DNA of 64,000 nt, taken from contig OZ243952.1 of NCBI GenBank assembly GCA_965214615.1, positions 2,125,734 through 2,189,733 on the forward strand, read 5' to 3'. Origin of the DNA: Arenicellales bacterium. GTDB taxonomy: Bacteria; Pseudomonadota; Gammaproteobacteria; Arenicellales; JAJDZL01. Of the stretch, positions 62,125-64,000 are shown in pieces (the stretch's first letter is position 1; every line of letters starts with the position of its first letter). A program made the translations under genes and the position numbers. The notes beneath the pieces were generated by a model. That model saw only the letters and a program-made list of their open reading frames with translations, did no database searches and was not told the DNA's origin.

Positions 62125-64000
62125 ATGAACAAATTCATTCTATGTCTCGTTGCTTTTGCACTTTCGCTTCCCGCAGCGCTAGCGCAGCAAGTAGAAAATG
62201 AAAGCGATCAACCGGAAGTCGTCGTCACTGCTACGCGCATAGCGACTCCGCTTCGCGATACCATAGCAACAACTGAAGTCATCACTGCGCAAGAAATTGA
62301 ACGAACCAAGCCCCGAGATCTCGGGACTCTGCTGTCAAGAAAAAGCGGCTTGAGCTTCCGCGATAGCGGTGGCAAAGGCTCGAGAGGAGGAATTTTTGTA
62401 CGCGGAACAGACGAGAAGCATCTTCTTGTTTTAATCGATGGCATGCGGACCGCGAGCGCCACACTTGGCCTAACAGCAATTGAGCGAATTCCGCTCGAAA
62501 TCATCGAACGCATCGAAATCGTCAAAGGCCCAATGTCCAGTGTCTATGGCGCTGACGCCGTTGGCGGAGTGATTCAGATATTCACCAAGAAGCCGCATCA
62601 GGCTGGCACCTACGGCTCCGTCAAAACCTCGGTCGGTTCGAATCGTGAACGCAAGTACACCGCTCAAGCCGGATTCGGGGAAGATCAAGTCAGTATGTTT
62701 GTTTCTGCAACTAAAGAGTCGACTGATGGAATTGATCGAACAAAATACAAAGGCGGAGGAAACGAGGACAAGGACGGATTCAAGCGCAGTTCTGGAAATC
62801 TTTCGCTGACCACTTTCTTACAGGACGATCTAGAATTGAATCTGACTCACTTTCGTAGCGTTTCAGTGCTGGACTACGACAACATCTCAACGAGTTCATC
62901 GGAAAGCCGTGGACGTGAGCACAAGGGCAGAAATTGGCACCAACGCTTCGAATTGAGTACTACATCGGCTAGGATAGACTACGATCATTCATCAGACTTG
63001 AACTTTTCGGCGATCATCGGAACCGCCACAGACAACCGCCAGGATTTGAAACCTGATCATCCTACGAATGATTCCCGCCGCACCCACTTCAAGACTCGCA
63101 AATCGGACTACTCGCTTCAAGCAAACTGGATTGCGTCTTCGAGAGATCAGGTGTCAGTCGGCGCCGAATATCAGCAGGACAAAGTTGATTCAACTGACAC
63201 CTACGCAAATGATGAACGTACGAATAAAGGATACTTCGCACTCTGGCAACACCAACGAGAACGGTCTGCAACAGTAGCCAATGTGCGGCACGAAAGAAAC
63301 GACACCTACGCATCGGAGACGAATTACAACATTCAGCAATCCTTCGATATTTCCGATACCTACCAAATTGCGGCAAATTACGGCACAGCTTTCCAAGCCC
63401 CGAGCCTCAATGAATTGTTCTATGAGGAAGATTTCTTTCGCGGCGATCCGGACTTGAAGCCGGAAGAAAGCAAGTCAACTGAGGTTTCGTTGCGATCACA
63501 GCACGACGATTTGCACTGGAAATTAAGCCTATATCACACGACAATAGAAAATTTGATCGTCTGGAAAGGGTTTCCGTCCTCGCCCGTCAATGTCGACGAG
63601 GTAACTTTGAAGGGCGTAGAAATCGAATTGACTAAGGAGTGGAATGATAATATCTTCAACTTCAGCGGAGACTATCTCGAAGCATACGACGACAAAACCG
63701 GTAATTTCCTTGACGATCGGGCACGCGGTTCGGCTTCGATTGAACTTGGCAGGCAGATCGGAAAAATCTTTGTTGGCGCTAATGCATTCTACGAGCATTC
63801 TCGATTTGACCGTGGGAGCAATTTAGGAAATTATGCGATCTACGGGATAAACGCGGAATACAAATTTTCAGATAACTTGATCATCTCAGGGCATATCGAT
63901 AACTTATTCGACAAGGACTACACGACAAATCTCGCCAGCGACGACAATCCCTATAAAAATGAAGGAAGGACGTTCGAGATTTCAATGGAATACAGATTTT
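62125..64000 (+). CDS. btuB: TonB-dependent outer-membrane receptor, BtuB-like; stop codon lies just beyond the window
   Basis: Not in the ORF track because no stop is reached. GGAGG SD lies 4 nt before ATG 62125. Signal peptide MNKFILCLVAFALSLPAALA, TonB box PEVVVTATR, plug block GIFVRGTDEKHLLVLIDGMR ... IEIVKGPMSSVYGADAVGGVIQIF. The last codons read ...FEISMEYRF (terminal aromatic), giving 625 codons in-window. Confidence 0.85.
   Translation, partial: MNKFILCLVAFALSLPAALAQQVENESDQPEVVVTATRIATPLRDTIATTEVITAQEIERTKPRDLGTLLSRKSGLSFRDSGGKGSRGGIFVRGTDEKHLLVLIDGMRTASATLGLTAIERIPLEIIERIEIVKGPMSSVYGADAVGGVIQIFTKKPHQAGTYGSVKTSVGSNRERKYTAQAGFGEDQVSMFVSATKESTDGIDRTKYKGGGNEDKDGFKRSSGNLSLTTFLQDDLELNLTHFRSVSVLDYDNISTSSSESRGREHKGRNWHQRFELSTTSARIDYDHSSDLNFSAIIGTATDNRQDLKPDHPTNDSRRTHFKTRKSDYSLQANWIASSRDQVSVGAEYQQDKVDSTDTYANDERTNKGYFALWQHQRERSATVANVRHERNDTYASETNYNIQQSFDISDTYQIAANYGTAFQAPSLNELFYEEDFFRGDPDLKPEESKSTEVSLRSQHDDLHWKLSLYHTTIENLIVWKGFPSSPVNVDEVTLKGVEIELTKEWNDNIFNFSGDYLEAYDDKTGNFLDDRARGSASIELGRQIGKIFVGANAFYEHSRFDRGSNLGNYAIYGINAEYKFSDNLIISGHIDNLFDKDYTTNLASDDNPYKNEGRTFEISMEYRF

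Noticed and set aside
1-64000. Search for tRNA/tmRNA genes, att sites, integrases, IS elements or CRISPR arrays that could explain the accessory blocks.
   Set aside because: I recognised none by eye in any intergenic region. The only GGTTCGAATC-like strings lie inside coding sequence. A tRNAscan/Infernal/ISfinder pass is needed for certainty.

Overview
This is a Gram-negative (proteobacterial-style) chromosomal window with about 50 protein genes. I recognised no rRNA, tRNA, CRISPR array, integrase or transposase. All calls come from reading translated ORFs, motifs and repeats by eye; no database search, alignment or RNA folding was run.

The backbone is catabolism of nitrogenous osmolytes and amino acids:
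- 5-oxoprolinase (5'-truncated by the window), isocitrate lyase and, 17 kb away, AceK
- an agmatinase-family hydrolase
- dimethylglycine-dehydrogenase-like enzyme plus EtfB and EtfA
- a non-pyrrolysine MttB-family methyltransferase
- omega-aminotransferase, PdxH, GabD, glutaryl-CoA dehydrogenase, a fused indolepyruvate:ferredoxin oxidoreductase, an acyl-CoA dehydrogenase, an SDR and a TPP enzyme
- a D-amino-acid dehydrogenase / RidA / two-Cys isomerase / Ldh_2 set
- an L-carnitine-type operon: BKACE, YfcG-like GST, CaiB-type CoA-transferase, carnitine-dehydrogenase-like enzyme, ADP-forming acyl-CoA synthetase and enoyl-CoA hydratase
- GGT

Unusual content:
1. A class-IIC-like group II intron sits directly behind a bidirectional terminator, between aceA and a 1289-aa autotransporter.
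2. The autotransporter looks phase-variable. An SD+ATG leader frame runs into a G9 tract and would fuse to the large ORF at G8 or G11.
3. A HicB/HicA cassette is bracketed by diverged direct repeats of the DUF4338 gene 5' part.
4. An AbiEi/AbiEii cassette is bracketed by about 0.6 kb of the ggt 3' end.
5. A Ni-superoxide dismutase has a Sec-like leader, and no SodX is present in the window.
6. Most interesting is a cobalamin-riboswitch-led operon. It encodes an apparently exported, membrane-anchored CobN-like protein, translationally coupled ExbB-like and ExbD-like (DUF2149-type) proteins, and a BtuB-like receptor. No AAA+ chelatase partner is present.
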